A stretch of 63,493 nt of DNA, filler included, from Folioceros fuciformis (Eukaryota): the NCBI GenBank assembly GCA_049999805.1. It is 5 parts of 5 records of this genome, joined end to end, with 100 filler letters (N's around TTAATTAATTAA, not from the genome) between each part and the next. Parts side by side here need not be neighbours in the genome. Positions count along the whole stretch, not along the records: positions 57,189 to 63,493 come from JBNGIO010004077.1; 4 more parts are not named here. One strand, 5' to 3'. Shown here one piece after another: positions 62,941 to 63,493 of the stretch. The notes beneath the pieces are model-generated. The model was not told the origin of the DNA, did no database searches, and saw only the letters and a list, made by a program, of their open reading frames with translations. Position 1 is the first letter of the stretch, and every line of letters begins with the position of its first letter. Position numbers and translations under genes: made by a program.

Positions 62941-63493
62941 CTGAGGGACTATGGCGTGCCGAATGATCTCACACCATAGTACCCTTTAAAGGTAAGCAGG
63001 GAATGTCCAGAGAAAACCAAGGTGGGAAACATGGATCCTGAAGAGGTGACACACCACGAAAATAAATTAGGTGATAGCTTAACCACAAGCGCCACGGTGC
63101 AAAGTTGTGAAGCACTGCTCCACGTTGTTTAGGAACTAGTGACTTGTCTGTCAACCTATCTCTTCAGTGTTCAGTGAGCAAGGCGACGCCTGCCCAAGGA
63201 AAGCCCAGCCCATGAGCAGAACGTTTGAAGCTAGGAGAACCAGACCATGTGAAGCTTAGAACAAGCGGTCAAAGAGGCCTAGCCATGGTGATGAACAAAG
63301 GGACGCAAGCCACAGTGGCGTTGTTTGGGGTGTCATGTTTCGTCGTCGAACCCAATCGAAAAATCATGTGGCCGCCTGGGACCATCTGAGTGCAGAACAC
63401 GACAGCGATGAAACCACAGAATTCGACGCAGCCTGCAGCCTTTCCTCCAGCTTCTGCTGAACAGACGAGAACGTCGAGACCTCGGCTGTATCC

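Overview
Eukaryotic nuclear DNA from a draft, gapped assembly of a seed-free land plant. A hornwort is the best guess (inference), based on short introns, GC-rich exons and PLS-PPR proteins with long L motifs and a 'SWWTD' PG-box variant. Host genes: a GPI-anchored GH17+X8 beta-1,3-glucanase, two tandem RGLG-like copine/VWA genes (one with a RING finger, one apparently lacking it), a DUF4220/DUF594 gene present as an exact duplicate across a gap, an ABCC/MRP transporter and a PLS-E+ PPR editing-factor gene. Between them lie decayed transposons (nested Ty1/copia, hAT, PIF/Harbinger, LINE), two PPR pseudogenes and minisatellites. The most unexpected signal is two diverged, decayed copies (~5.7-6.8 kb and ~42.4-43.6 kb) of a bacterial-type beta-class amino-DNA-methyltransferase (N6A/N4C). 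In both copies it is followed by the same unknown C-terminal domain, suggesting a repeated, possibly mobile, methyltransferase-carrying family. All calls come from manual reading and translation; no database searches were run.
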